In this document: positions 25,957-40,272 of the stretch, piece by piece | How positions within the stretch are numbered: position 1 is the stretch's first letter | Layout of the letters: the number at the start of each line of letters is the position of its first letter | Assembly (NCBI RefSeq): GCF_018350175.1 | Contig: NC_058368.1 | Coordinates: 65,474,001-65,538,000 of the forward strand | Origin: Felis catus | Taxonomy: Eukaryota | Direction of reading: 5' to 3' | Length of the DNA stretch: 64,000 nucleotides | Translations under genes and position numbers: made by a program | Notes under the pieces: model-generated | Database searches by the model: none | What the model was told of the DNA's origin: nothing | Seen by the model: the letters and a program-made list of their open reading frames with translations, nothing else

Positions 25957-28619
25957 CAACCTACCATTTCCTAGGAAGCATGTGTGTTGACCATGGAATG
26001 AGGTTCCATGCAATGCATGATTTATACCCTTAAGGAATTCATGTGTATTTTGAGCCAGTGTGGGAGGAGAGCTTTATTATCAGAAAGGACACATTTACCT
26101 ATAAAGCAAAGGGGAAATATAAAATTTGGCCATATAAAGTATCTGTAAAGTCCTATGTACTTTAAAAATTGAGTAACTAAGATGATGAATGTTTTTAAAT
26201 TCTCTTACGCATAACAGATAAAGGCAAATTAAGATAGAACACATACAGTTTTATGCACTATTTCAGATAGCACGATAAATGAAAGATAAGTGAAAATTAA
26301 CTAACGTCCTATCAATCAGGAGAAGAAAATCCAGCTTAATTCAAAAACCAATTGCAATTTTTTTTTATTATGTACACAACACATACATACAATTACATAC
26401 ATTTTGTGGAAGCCATCCGTGTGGAATTATCTGAGAAGGAAATGTGTATGTTATGAATCTGGGCATTAAGGATTTAGAATGAAGGACAGCACAAATTTGG
26501 CTTGAAGAAAAAGATGGTCAATGTTGGCTTTGAAAATACTTCCGGACAAAGTTTATCAAAGTATTTATCCCCCTGCCTAGTAAATAGTGGTTGGTTAGGA
26601 CCATCAAGAGTTTCTTTTCTGCCTGGAATTAAGAGGGAGTAAATTCATTTTTCTTGAATGGATGATGCTAGTGGTATTGTCATGGTAAAGATGTCTGGAG
26701 AAGAGAAAGTCACATACTGTTTTTCTGCAGTCTTTTTAATGGACTGTGGGAGTCTAGTGAAATTCAGTGTTCTCATACCTAAAATGTGCCCTTAGAAGTT
26801 TACCAAGAAAGCTATATTCTTACATATATCACTGTAGGCCACTATGAAATACAGAATCATTAGGTGGAATATATAACCAGACTGAGTCAGAATGGGACCC
26901 CAGACATTTCCCCAAATTCAGTTCAACTAATAATCATTGAGCACATCCTGCCAAGCTTTAATAAAGACAAATTGCATGTAGTGAGTTATATGCAAGCACG
27001 GCCTTCAGAAAGTCCATATTGTACTCTGCGAACATGGGGAGAGGGGTGGCAGTGGCTGAGAATCATTGATGGATCTGTGCAGGACTGTATGTCCAGCCAA
27101 ATGTTTGGTGGGAGCTGCAATGAAGGTATAAGTGAAATGTATCGACAGCATAGCAGGTAGAGCATCGGGCCATTAAGGGAAGGTGATGTTTGAGCCAGGC
27201 CATGAAGGACTGCAAACTGAACAAAACGTGAGCAAGACCCACAGGCATACGAAAATATGATTGGAAGTGTGGTGGTTTGGTGTAATGTATAAAAACGAAA
27301 TATCTTCAAAGGTGCAGTCTTGTTGAAGTATCTTAATGCGTGCTTCTAGGGAATGAGCTCTAAGAAGGAGTGGTTTCAAGTGGGATGGTGGTACTAATGT
27401 CCCAAATAGTTCCCTTGCTAAAAGATGTATTCATTTGCTACCTAGTAGGATCAAGCAGTAAATAAAAGCAAACACAGCTTGCCTATATTTTGTGAAGACA
27501 AAGTGACGTAGAAAATTAAAGATCTTTATCTCCATTCTCCTTTAAGCTTTCTTACCTAATCAACCCAAAGAGAGGGAGGAAAGAATTGTTGAAATTCTGA
27601 GGATACAAAGAACCAAGATGAAGAGAGCTGTGGTGAAGATTTGGTAGGGGGGAACATAAGATAGCTTAAAGCTTAGATTTAGAAACTGTTCTTTTTTCAC
27701 TTAGAATATAGCTATGTTTTCACAAAAAAACACTCTACTGAGCGCCATGTGAAGCATCTCCGTATTGAAGTAAATCTGTGCTAGCTATCAGTAGTATGGC
27801 ATTAAAATTCAGATAGTTTTTGAATAGCGAAGAGCAGATATATTCAAAATTGTGATGTACTATGAAAAATGTCGTGGTGCTGGAATCTTCCAGTCTTTGA
27901 AATCTAGTCTGATGAGATGCATGGCGTTGGCACAAATTATACCTATTGTTGGTACAGAGGGCATGTGGGGCAAAGCCACAGGGAGATTTTTAGCCAGTAT
28001 ACCGTGGCTGCTGCCAGATCCAAAAAGGTATCTTACCAAGGTCAAATCTGTCCTAGGAGCCCCAGTGAAATAGCTCAAGTTATATGTAGATAGGTGAGAA
28101 AAGAGGCAGTGAGAAAGATCATAGCCTTTGGAGTTAGACAGATTTGGTCTTGAAAATCAGCCAATTATCTGAGTTGACTCCTCCAAGACTTGCAGGATCG
28201 TCATAAAATCTTACATTAGAAATAATGTGCCACACGTGGTACTGATGATTGAGGAATATAGAACTACTAAGTTTAGAGCAGATTTCATTCGCTAGAAGTA
28301 AAATTCAGGAATGGAGTTACTCTCATATAGTGCTAAATAAAAGAAGGAAAGACAGGAGACAGAAACAGATATTTGGAGGGGGGGTTGCTGGGCTATGGGG
28401 CTTTTCCAGAGTGCGGGGGGTGGGGGTGGTGGACATAATCATAACAATCTTTGCCTTACACCTTAGTCGTCTGTGACAGATAGGAGACATGAAACTCTAC
28501 CAAAAAATAGGGATTTAGTGCTGCACTGAGGGCAGGGACACCAAGAAAAGTGTCCCCAAACAGAGAGAAGGATTCAAACGGATAAAATGAATTAATACTT
28601 TCTACAGATGATAGACGTT

Positions 28620-28725
28620 GAGTCGGGTCTCCAGCAGTGTGACGTTGGGCTGGTTAACCTGCCTCAGTTTCCCCATCTATAAAATAGGATAGTATGTACT
28701 ACATGAAGCTACAGGTTAAGTGAAA
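28620..28725 (+). mobile_element. MIR core fragment
   Basis: gtgtgacgttgggc...gcctcagtttccccatctataaaataggata. Confidence 0.7.
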
Positions 28726-30199
28726 GGAGTCTAAAATGTATTCTTCTTGTTCTGTGCTTGATAATTGTCTGGCATGCAGGGACTGCATTGACTCTCACAG
28801 CAGCATTGTCGTATAGTGTCATTGTTGGCTTTGCCTCTGTCCATATATCTATTTTCATACAGCCTCATCTCAAAACTATAAGACACTGGCCACATCTGTA
28901 GAAGTGGGCAACAGTCTTGTATTGTTCCACCCAGTTTCATTATAGCACAGCCTATAGGCTGACATTATACCTGCAATTGCCCAATCTTCCCCCAAACGTT
29001 CCGCTGTCGACGGTAGTCTTCTTATTTACTTAACCTTGCAAACCCAGTTGTGAATGGAGGTAGGGTTTGGGACGATTATAATGAAGTAAGACTGTAGAGG
29101 CAAGGCAGATGCAAAGATCAGATGGGGAAATTTATAGCTAACATGTTCTCAGATATGCAAATTTTCTTCTTGGGTTGCAAACACCAACAGGCTTTGTAGA
29201 AAGATGGACACAGAATAATGCCTCCAGGATCTAGATTTGTTGGCTCACTAATAACACCTGTCCTTGGTGTTCCCAGAAATCTACCTCTTAGGCTGATCAC
29301 AGTGCCAGAGGATCCTTGACTGTACGTTCTGCCATGACGTACACTGTGTTGCTTATGTAAGTCTCCATGATCAAGACCAATTGAAGAGATTTGCATGAGT
29401 ATAACATAGAAGTCCCCAGCTGACTGTGTTAATTCCATATCAAAAAAGAGAATGGAGGCCCAGCTCCCAACAAACATGGAAGCTTTCCTGAAAGAACACT
29501 CTGGAATACAGTGGAAAAATATCATTGTAAATAAGACATTGAAACCATGTGTACATCAGTTGTCAGTGGTGAAAGTGGAAAAGAAGGCTTTGGACTGTAT
29601 TTATAGCTATATGGATGATAAATCAGGCATTTTCTTGTGCTCTGTAATGCTCTTCCCAGACCATATTGAGTACATTGTGTACCATCCCGGCACCATATGC
29701 TGGTAGGATCGAAGTGCAAATTGATATGTATTTAACTTTTCCAAAGGGTGGTTAAATTCTGTTTGACAAGCAATGCCAGGCATTACAACGTTAGTGACAA
29801 TGAGACAGGAGAAGTAATGCTAGCTATAGTCTTTGAAGGTTCAACCTGTGAGTAGAAGTTCAAAAAATCTGAACGTCAGACTTGTGCATAACTATGTAAA
29901 CACAAAACATATCTTTCTATTCTATATTTATTTATTTAGGGAGGGCTTTCTTTATGTGCTGCATGCTGAACAGTTTACAGCCATGAAAAAGTTCCCTGCC
30001 CCCCGAAAATGTGCTGCTTACCTGTTAGGGACGATGAACACATTTACAGATTAGCATAGGGTTATGTTCTAGGACAAAACTGCACATAATGTGTTAAAGA
30101 AAATTGGACTGGGGGGAGTACCAGCTCAGGATTCAGACCTGAAATATATTCTGTATAAGGCTTTCGTATGGAAATTAGGTACCTTCTCATAGTATGCGC

Positions 30200-30428
30200 T
30201 GGGTTTGCAGCACCTCTTCACCATTTCCTACCTGTGTGTCTTTGGGGGACTTAATTAACCTCTTGATGCAGAGTTCACCTCTGCATGTCCCTAGAGAGTG
30301 ACCTCTCTGAGTCTCAGTTTCATTATCTGTAATATCATGATAATACCACAATATAATTCATAGGTTTATTGTAAGACTTTCATGAACAGATGTTTCAGAA
30401 GTGCTCAGTACAGTGCTTGGAACAGACA
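30200..30428 (+). mobile_element. MIR fragment(s)
   Basis: acctctctgagtctcagtttcattatctgtaa...gtgctcagtacagtgcttggaacag. Confidence 0.7.
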
Positions 30429-30433
30429 ATCCA

Positions 30434-30645
30434 CAACAGCCATGCATTATTTTATGTATATTGCAGCATAGTATAGCACGTGTTGGCTGAGTTGATGAGT
30501 GACTTAATAAACAAATAATCCAGGCCGTGCTTTGATGGCCAACAGCCACACGTTATTTTATGTATATTGCAGCGTAGTATAACACGTGTTGGCTGAGTCG
30601 ATGAATGAGTTATAAAACAAGTAATCTAGGCACTGCTTTGATGGC
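30434..30645. repeat. Two-copy 106-bp tandem duplication
   Basis: Units 30434-30539 and 30540-30645 align without gaps; about 14 mismatches by hand count. Confidence 0.95.
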
Positions 30646-31379
30646 CAGATGATCTCTGGCAACCTAATAGTCAAGGCCAAGGAGTTTCATATAAAAATGT
30701 TTCTCATAATCAGCTTCTGAATCTCAGGGTCTTCACAGATGTTGTTTCTTCAACCACTTGAATATTTCCATGTCTCCTGGAACTCTGTCACAATCTGAGA
30801 AAGTACAGAGTTTTCTCACCTCCTTGGTTTCTACTATTTGGTGACTTGTGCAGAGAGAGCTTGGTGGAGAAGTACACGGAAATGGTGATTTTCATGTATG
30901 AGTTTTATTCCTTTGTTTTTTAAGAAGTTTTCCTTTATTGTTATGGATAGTCAAAATTCACATTTTTCTTGATCCAAATGGGGTAGGAATTGAACCAAAT
31001 GGGACAGGAATAGCAAAAACCCTTCATTCCTCAATAGGTCTTTGCTAAGTACCCAGGCATCTGCTAGATCTTAAGTGAGGTATCAAACAATATCATCCAC
31101 CTGGCCTGGGCGGGGGGTGCTTCCAGTTTGGTTGAAGGACTAGGTAGAGAGCAGGGAGGCATTTTTAGGAAACTGGTGAAGACAGGTTATGATCTTTGGG
31201 AATAGACATTTACTCTAGGAAGAAGAAGCAGGGAAGGGAAGAATAACTCCGGAATGGCTGACTGGGGTCATGGTGGTTGTCTGCTGGATGGGATAATCTG
31301 GATTTTGAGCAGGAAAGCACGGACATTCAAGCCAGAAGAACATAGTAGTAAATAAAGACATGGATTCCACCTGATTTTA

Positions 31380-31695
31380 GAGACAAGAAGAGGAGTCTTA
31401 TTGGAGACGGGGAAAGATTAATGGAGGGCTCTGATATCCAGGCTGAGAAGAGTACATTTAATCTGATCAGTGAAAAGGACCCACCAGAGGCTCCTGAACA
31501 GAGGAAAGACTTGATGAAAAGGAGTTTAGGAAGATTATTCTAGCAGCATTGTGCAGGTGGAATTGGAGCAAGAAAGACTCTGAGCAAGAAAGCCAGTTAA
31601 ATTGCTGTTGCAGCAGTACTGGGTTGCAGTGATGAGATCCCAAGCTCGGTGATGCTGGTAGAAATGGAAAAGACTCTGATTTAAGAGATTTTGTG
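31380..31695 (-). mobile_element. L2 fragment
   Basis: tttaggaagattattctagcagcattgtgcaggtggaattggag...gctgttgcagcagt...gtgatgag. Confidence 0.6.
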
Positions 31696-34600
31696 CGTTT
31701 GGAAGATTACATGTGAAACTGGAGTAGATGAATGTTCCCTAGAATGACAATCTCTTTATAAAGTTTTCTATCTTCCTACTCCCTCTACCACCAGCCTGCC
31801 CCAACAAACTTGGAAATAAGTCCCAAAGCAGCATGGGTTTTGTAAGAATATATTTGTGTATTCTTCACATGCCCAGAGCTGACATCAGAGTCTTACATGA
31901 TGGGTATGTTACAGATATACCAGATAGACTTCATTTTTGACTCATTAAGATAATATTTGAGTTAGCAATGTCTGACATTTTCTTTTTGGACGTTTATTTG
32001 CTTACCAAGGATATACGATTTATTACAGAAAGCAGTCAGTAAAACTACCCATTCTTTATCCCCTAACTATCCCTATGTAGAAATTAGGGACTTATTTGTA
32101 ATACTGCCATTTCAGTTTTAGCTGCTAGTTCTATCATTTGTGTGCCTGTTTTTTGAAGATTGCTTTAAGAGCTTTCTAGGAAATAATTGGAAACCTTTAT
32201 ATTAACATCTGTTTGTATATAGCTTCATGAACAATATTTAGACAATGTTTACTACTTAGAGAACCTAACTCCCATCCACAGTCTTCTTACAGTTCCATTA
32301 TTTATCATTAGATTATTCCCCCTTTTTCTTCTTTGTACTATGTAAAACAGCCAACATTACTTAAAATCAATTTTAACAATGAGAAACTGTTTAAAGATTT
32401 TATCAGATGTTCAAAAACTTTAATAATCTGAATCATATTTCAGAATAATCTCTAGGAATAAATTTGTATAAGTATGGTCTTTTTGTCTGGACTTTTCTAT
32501 CATTAGAGTTTTCTGAGAAGCTGATTGGCCAAATAAGTGATAGCAAACTAAGTACCTGCACGAGAACTCTGGCTAGGATAGCCATGTTAATTAGGTAATG
32601 AACATTTATTGAATCCATTTAAGCATATTTTGTTAAGCACCTATTAAGTGCGGAGCACAGTGCTGGCTGGTCACTGGGTGACAAAGAGGTGAGTAATCTC
32701 GGTCTGCAGGGAATATGTAACCCTTTGGGGAATCCAGGCATATTGACAATGTACTTAATGAACGTCAGACTTGGATCAACAAAACCTATTTTTAAAATGA
32801 GGATGACAGATTTCAGTGTTAAGATTGAAGGAGATCAAGGATATTCTAGGCTGAGGTGACTAATGACAGAAACCCACGGTGTTTCCAGAAACTGGGTTGT
32901 CAGGGGTTCAGGAGAGGGCTGGTGGGATGAAAACCTTGGGCTGTAGATTGGACCTGGAATGTGAATAGTCTTAATCATGGTCCAAGGAATTAGAACTTGA
33001 TTTTGAAGACATTCAGGAAGCATCACTGCTGTTTGATCAAGCCAGCTATATTATATTATCAATGCCATAAAGCACTGCCTTTTGGAAACAGAAACCACTT
33101 AGGATAGCAATAACCATTGTATATGCTTGGAAAGCACTATGGGGTTTCATTTTCATTCAGTGACTATATATACAAAATTTTACTTCTTGGTGTTATTTTT
33201 TAGGTTTCCAAATTTCTTTCAGATAATTATAAACATTTATTAGGGAATCTGTTTATTATTTTCAGTTGTTAAAAATTTTATCAAAGATACTGTTTCAAGG
33301 ACCTGCCACATAAAGTCTCCAATAAAAATCAAAATGCAGTCCATTTTGTTTTCAGTTGTGAATAGGTGTTGGATAGAAAAGAGGACAGGGGGACTGGTCT
33401 GCTACCTAATTTCTAAGGTTCATTTTATTAAGAGCATAGAAATTGAAAAATTAACCCATCATCCCAAACGTGGGCACACCATACCTCCAATACAACCAAA
33501 GCAATAAATCTTTATAGCAATTCTTTTAAAACGTCTCCTCTTTAGGACAGAAGCGCTCATAAAAGTTTAATTTAAAGCTTTGAATTCACATTTTGGTTCT
33601 GACATCCAATATAATTATTTCCTTTTATACTTTCCCTACTTTATACATATGATATGCAGCACATTATACACACATTTTATTATTTCTAAATACATCTACT
33701 ATTTTTGGTAATATAATAGCTTTCAGGAAAAATTGTACGTATTCAGAATTTGATACTTCTGTTTCACTAAGTATAGAACTTAGCATCTTCTTTTACAATT
33801 TGAGACAATAGGATGTTTAGTCTTTTCATCCTCAAAACATGTAACTTATTTGTATAAACTATATCGACTCTTTACATGACTGTTTTTGGTCTTTCCTACT
33901 GGGAGTTAGAAGCAAACATTTCTGTTACATTAATCCTACTTGTTATTTCCATTTATATTTCCTCATGCAGTAGAGTTAAGGTGTAGAGGGTATTCAAGAG
34001 GTGGGGAAAATACACCCTACAGGTCTCTGAATTAGTAAGGAATTTTTATGTTTTATTTTTTCCCTTAATTCCTAGCTTATGTTTAGGTAATAGTGAATGT
34101 AATATCATTATCTTTACACAGTAGTTACTTGAGTGCATGTAACCTCATTTTCTATAATTGGGAGGTTACAGATGAAGAGTATCTCCTAGTTCCTCATGCT
34201 GCCATACTTGGGCCTGTTAAGTATCATTGCGCTATGTGATGTGCATGGTAAACACAGGTCACAATTCTAGTTAGAATGTAATATTCGACACAGCTAAGTC
34301 TGTTCTTTTTTTAGAGGAAACAGAAATTCAGATTAGGAGTAAAGATGCTTCACCTTCTCTACTTCAAGAACAGTAGACCAGTAGCCACTATCAGTCCTCT
34401 GCTGTCTCCTTTACCCCTCTTCAGAGTGAATTTTTGCCCCCCTTCATGCTCCCAACTGTCTGACTATGTTACATGTATTTTAGCATCACTCATACTACCT
34501 TGCAATTAATTCTGTACATTTATGTTTCCCATTCTGGATTATGAACTTGTTAATGGAGTCCTGTCCATCTTCCCTAGCACCTTGCATATTGCCAGTGACT

Positions 34601-35736
34601 CAGTAGGCATTAAATAATTACTTATTAATTGAATGAATGAATGATAGAATTAAAGGCTACAAATGTTACTGGATTTTATTTGCTAGACTGATATAAGATG
34701 AATTTGGATGGTTACACACAGAGCTCTCCAGGACACCTATGTTCTTCCTTATTTCAACTGGGATCAGAGCCAGAGGAAATATGCCTTCACAGGAAAAGCT
34801 ATCGGTGGTAGGGAGAAGAATAGAAAGGTGGTTGCCTAATAGAATATGGACAGATAGTATATTTAGTAATCATGGTAAAAGAAGAGAATAGAAGGGATTT
34901 AAAGGAATCTTTTTGGATTTGTGGGTAAACCAGAAAACTGCTTGCTTGAGTTTGAGAGTTCAGTTGTAGAAGTTGAATTAGCACTTCCTAAGGCTCATGG
35001 TCAAATGCCACCCACCTAAGATCAAGATAAGCCATCTGGGTGTTGCAGCTAGTTGGAATGTATCCTCTCCCAGCTGTCTTCCTTCACTCAAAGATGCTCA
35101 GAGCTGTAGTGATTAGAACCCCAGATTGCATCTCCTATATCACACTCTCCTTTTCTAGTTCCTTGGCCTGAAGCACCACATACCACTTGGCTCACTGAGG
35201 CGCCCGAGGTTGTCTTTGTTAGACCATTTGAGTGTTCGTTTAGAGATGTTACAATCATGAATTCTTTTGCAGTCACTTCGGGTAGGAAGGTATCGGTAAC
35301 TTGTAAAATCATCAAAGTAGAATAGGGTTTCACAGCAAAGTTGGATTTTTATGGTCCATCACAAACCACCCTTTGTGCACATTAAGAAGCAGCAGAAGTG
35401 GCCTGTCCGTACGAATAGACACAATATGATGGCTACCATCCAGTTTTCCTGATTCCCCTCAAACATTTTCTCCATGACCCCAAACACTGGTCTCTCAGAG
35501 AATATTCAGGATGCATTCTTATGGAGGTGAAAATATTATTGAAAGATATGTAGGATTTCCTCTTGCTATTTGATTCAGTATTTATTTTTCCTTTAAAAAT
35601 GTACACTTAACTAGGGATAATTTTGATAAGATACTGGCCCAGCTTTATTTTTTAACCTGTTGAAATTTGCTGTTTTTAATTTTCATTACATTTCCATGTT
35701 TTGTTTGACGAGGTTCTAATTTATGAGTATGGAGAG

Positions 35737-35738
<2 letters not shown>

Positions 35739-35784
<46 letters not shown>
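35739..35784. repeat. (GT)23 microsatellite
   Basis: Perfect dinucleotide run. Confidence 0.97.
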
Positions 35785-35785
<1 letters not shown>

Positions 35786-35884
35786 GAATTCCATGCCCAT
35801 AATGAAAATGGTAAACATTTTGCTAATATTTTAAAGGTACTAATATTTACTAATATTTTAAGTATTCAGCTTGTCTGCTGAAAA

Positions 35885-36040
35885 CTTTGCATAGATTATC
35901 TCAGTGAATCCTTACAACAAATCCAGTGCACCATTGCTATTATCATTTTACAGAGAAGGAAATGGGCTTTGAGAGGCCCACCTGCCCTACATCACAGAGT
36001 TAGCAAGGGTTAAGTAAGAGCCTGCATCTAGAATCCATTC
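35885..36040 (-). mobile_element. MIR fragment
   Basis: attatctcagtgaatccttacaacaa...attttacagagaaggaaat...catcacagagttagcaag. Confidence 0.65.
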
Positions 36041-37497
36041 ATAGTAGCAAAATGCATGGCTATAGGATGCTGTGCCATTTGATTCCAGCTGCCATTAAGG
36101 GATCCATGACATTCATAAAATCTGATGCTTGGCAAAACAGTTACAGCATAGAGTTGGGGACTTGTGGCTTCTTTAAAGAATTTCATTTATTTTTTAGCTG
36201 TAGCACTTATATTTTTTAGTTGTTCAGATTCAAAATTAAAGCTAAAACATGGAAAGCTTTTCATCACAAATTTAGGAGATGATCTGTAAATGTCATTTAT
36301 AATTTAATTCATCGCAAGTATGTATGTAGAATTTTTTAAAGTGCAGTGCCTTTTCCCACACAGTGTAAAGTTTTCATTAAGTTGGTGAGCAGGATGACGG
36401 GCAGGTTAGATTAGACCCTAGATTGACTCCCTCTGTCCATTCTGTTCTTTCTCCCCAGAGTTCCATGATAATGAAATAGACCCCTTTCCTGTGTGGGGAG
36501 CACATTACTTTGATCAATGCATTATGAGTGGCCATGCTCCCCCAAAGAAGTTTCATATTAAACATTCAAGACTCAAGTTTAAAATTATGTTGCAAACCTC
36601 AAAATCTTCAATTCGAGAAACCTACATGAATTGTTATCATATGAGTTACCAGTGCTCTCTTAATATGATTTTGTGTCTTGGTAAATTGGATGTTGCTTGT
36701 AAAATTCTCTGTACAATTTTTATCGGGGTGCCTCGGAAGAACTCAGTTCCTGTTTGTAGTTTTTCGTTGTGTCTGTGAACCTCTCATCATTATCAAACTA
36801 CAGTTTTTCAGAACAGAGTTAAGTCTATTAGCCCTGGCATTAATGAACTAATCTGAAAATAGATCTAATCAAGCATTTGCATGCTTCTCCTCATAAAGCA
36901 TATCTGTTCATTACTGAGGAAAAAATGGATATAGAGATACTTTTCTTTAATCTGGTATGCGATTCTGTACATGGTGCTGAGGCAACATGACTGTCTCTTT
37001 CATACTTTTTTTCTATGTCTCTCTTAACCATCCGTATGTTGGATCTTAGTTATAATCAGTTTCCTTAGGATGGACTTGGAAGATTTAATTAATGATAAAT
37101 AGATAATTAGAAGGATTTTGAGCTTCTTAGAAAGGCACGTCACGTTAAGGTACTATTGGGGAGGATGTCACATTTTTCCATGTGAAAGTCACTATGGTCA
37201 AAAGAACACAAAGAACCATTGTTCAGACAGTCAAGCAGGAATCGAAATAGGACAGTTGCTTCTCTAAATATTCACTGTCAAGCAGGACTGAGTATTATAA
37301 TATCATCTGGAGACCTGCTCTGGGTCTTGATTTTACTGTGTCCTCTATCTCTAAACTGAATTGTTGTTATATATGAAGCAGTGTTTTTGACAAGATTCTT
37401 CTGTTCTCCCCAGTAGTAAATATCTTCTATAAGATTCAAGGAAGAATCCCTTTACCAAGCTCTGGAGAGATTCCTACATCTAGGCTCCAGATACTTA

Positions 37498-37500
<3 letters not shown>

Positions 37501-37545
<45 letters not shown>
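37501..37545. repeat. (CAA)n microsatellite, 12 perfect units then interrupted
   Basis: Direct trinucleotide run. Confidence 0.95.
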
Positions 37546-37547
<2 letters not shown>

Positions 37548-37903
37548 TCAAAATAAGACTTTTACGCATAGCTCGTCATCTACTTCTTCATTCCGGGAAG
37601 TTATGAGTTCTTGCTACATACAGAGAAGTACAAAGATATGTAGTCCTGTTTTTATCTTTAAGTAGCTGAAGGCAGAATACGATATAAAGCCACAAAGACA
37701 TTGAATTCTTATGCTGAACACCCATAGCCTAGAACTGGGCCAGATACAGAACAGGCACCTGCGAAGTATTTGTGAAGTGAACGAATGTAATACAATGATA
37801 AGGATGCCTGTGCACCTTGTAATGAGAACACAAATGGGTAGATGAAGTGGGTTTCATAACCCACTGTGGAAAGATTGAGATCAAGTATAAAGAAAGAGTA
37901 GGA

Positions 37904-38103
37904 GGGGTGCCTGGGTGGCTCAGTTGGGTAAGCTTTTGACTCTTGGTTTTGGCTCAGGTCATGATCTCACGGTTCATGAGTTCAAACCCCACATCGGGGT
38001 TTGCACGCTTGCTTGGGATTCTCTCTCCTCTCTCTCTGACCCTCTCCTCGTTGCTTGCTGTCTCTCCCCCTCTCTCAAAATAAATAAATAAACATTTTTT
38101 AAA
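37904..38103 (+). mobile_element. Can-SINE with TSD
   Basis: SINE head to A tail; TSD aaagaaagagtag at 37889-37901 and 38104-38116. Confidence 0.93.
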
Positions 38104-39254
38104 AAAGAAAGAGTAGAAAAAGGAGGAAGGTAACTGCCATGCATTATGGGATGGCCAGATGGGGAATTAGTGGCAGTTTTGTTCTGGGGCACGAGGTATG
38201 AAACAGAATGACGGCTTGAGGCAGGCAGATGCCTTGTCATGGAGGTCCCGGTGGTCGACACTGATGTGAGTCTTATGTTTTCCTGTAGGAAAATTCTTTC
38301 TCCTGCACTCTGTGAATGCACAGAGTACATTAACACCCTCTTTTAGTACTAGGAAGAGTGAATTAAAAATGGAGATTATACGAAGTAGGTTGCATTTCCC
38401 ACTGACTGGAAAGAACGTCTCTTCCTTTCCCTGTCCTGGTGTGCTGTGTCCCCTGGATCGTGCTCCACTCCCAGCCATGGTTCTCTTATCACCGTTATTT
38501 ATTTTATCTATCACTTGGGTTTTTTCTCACTTCCCATTAGTAGCTTCTCAGATTTAATGTTTGGTCTTTTTTAGCACAAGAACTAAATATTTACTCTAGA
38601 ACAAGCCAGAGAAAATACCGTAGAAAGTTAACAATTCCAGTGAAACAAGTCAGACTTTTGTTCTTTTTCTTAGCAACACCCTGATCTCATGGTATAATTT
38701 TCACCAGATCTGTTGATTATATGCGACTCATCCATGATCCCAACGTGCTTTGTGTCAATTTGGAGTTGGGCCACAAGGCTCATTCTTATTTTATAAATAA
38801 GGAAACTTGATGTTATTCAACAAATGCAGACTAGAATAACTCAGTCCAGGACTTGGTCATTCCAGGATCTTCCATTCCCACAGAGCACCATCCTCTTCTT
38901 GGTGGTTGTGGGGCATGGTATAGGTGTTTCTTCCAGATGCTTCTTCAGTTCAGGCAGAAGTGGTAGTCCCTTCCCCTTCTGCATTCTGCTTGGGAATGTG
39001 TACCCTTGTGGAGAGACTAGAAGCTGCTAGGAGTTCTACCATTTCCCACTTCTTAGTAGCTCTGTTTGATTACATATAGTACAAAGTAAGGATGGATGTT
39101 TAGGAAAGAGATATTTTGTGAAGGAACTTGTCAGCCATGCTAAGGCTTTATCCTGAGGACTGTAGGAAGCCATTGGCATCTGTGGCAAAGTTGACAGGAT
39201 CAGATTTGAGCTGGGAAAGGAAAAAGGTCCAGCTGCGATGAAGAAAATATCCTA

Positions 39255-39476
39255 GGGGCGCCTGGGTGGCGCAGTCGGTTAAGCGTCCGACTTCAGCCAG
39301 GTCACGATCTCGCGGTCCGGGAGTTCCAGCCCCGCGTCAGGCTCTGGGCTGATGGCTCAGAGCCTGGAGCCTGTTTCCGATTCTGTGTCTCCCTCTCTCT
39401 CTGCCCCTCCCCCGTTCATGCTCTGTCTCTCTCTGTCCCCAAAATAAATAAACGTTGGAAAAAAAAATTAAAAAAA
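39255..39476 (+). mobile_element. Young Can-SINE (SINEC_Fc-like) with perfect TSD
   Basis: CpG-rich copy; TSD aagaaaatatccta at 39241-39254 and 39477-39490. Confidence 0.97.
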
Positions 39477-39934
39477 AAGAAAATATCCTAGAGTCGGGCA
39501 GGTCCCAGCGTGGGCAGGCTGACAAAAAGGCTGCTGCAGTGAGCTAAGTGATGGTGGCCTGGACCAGCGTAGAGCTCTGTAGATGGTTTTGTAAGTTACT
39601 TAAAAGAGTGAATGATTGGAGGGGAATTGGAGAGTGAGAAAGGAATCAAAGCTAATGCCTAATTGAAGAACTGGGCATCTGGGTATCCCACTGGGATGGA
39701 GAGCATGTGGAGAGAGTCGGGTTGGTGAGGCAAGGAAATGAGCGTAGTTCTTCTGACTGATATTTTACATGACTCATAAAATATGCACATATATTTAATA
39801 TGCATGCTGAATTTTTAGATTTTGCTGAAGTTAAAAAATATGTTTTGCCTATCTCTGGAGCAGGCAGGCCCCCGCTGTCTGTGTAGCCTCTCCTCTAGGT
39901 CCACTCCTGCTTCAGATGTTGAGATGTGCTAAAG

Positions 39935-40272
39935 CAGCGATCGGCAGTGGCCTGCGGGCCAGATGCGACTTGTTGCCTGGTTATAAGTGTCCCACAAGTC
40001 AATAATGATTTGTACACTTTCAAATGGTTGGGGAAAATTTTTGAAAAAGAAAAACAGTTCATGACAAGTGGAAATTATATAAAAATGTAAATTTTAGTTT
40101 CTGTGAATGAAAAATTTTTGGAACCCTGCCACGCCCTTTCATTTACATATTATAAGTGGCTGCTTTTGTATTCCACCTACAGAGTTCAGTGGTTGCAAAC
40201 AGGGACCTTCTGACTTGCAGAGCCTGAGGTTTTTACTTCCTGACCCTTTACAATGATGTATGCCCACCTCTG
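39935..40272. mobile_element. MER58B-like hAT-Charlie DNA transposon
   Basis: CAG...CTG ends, ggcctgcgggccagat, ccacgccctttcatttacatatt, gaccctttaca; degenerate 8-bp TSD tgctaaag/tgctacgt. Confidence 0.8.

Noticed and set aside
25810..26013. 67-aa ORF with a protein-like sequence
   Set aside because: It is an L1 ORF2 C-terminal remnant, not a host gene
29118..29719. Overlapping ORFs of 135, 84 and 65 aa
   Set aside because: No recognisable homology or convincing splice signals; consistent with chance
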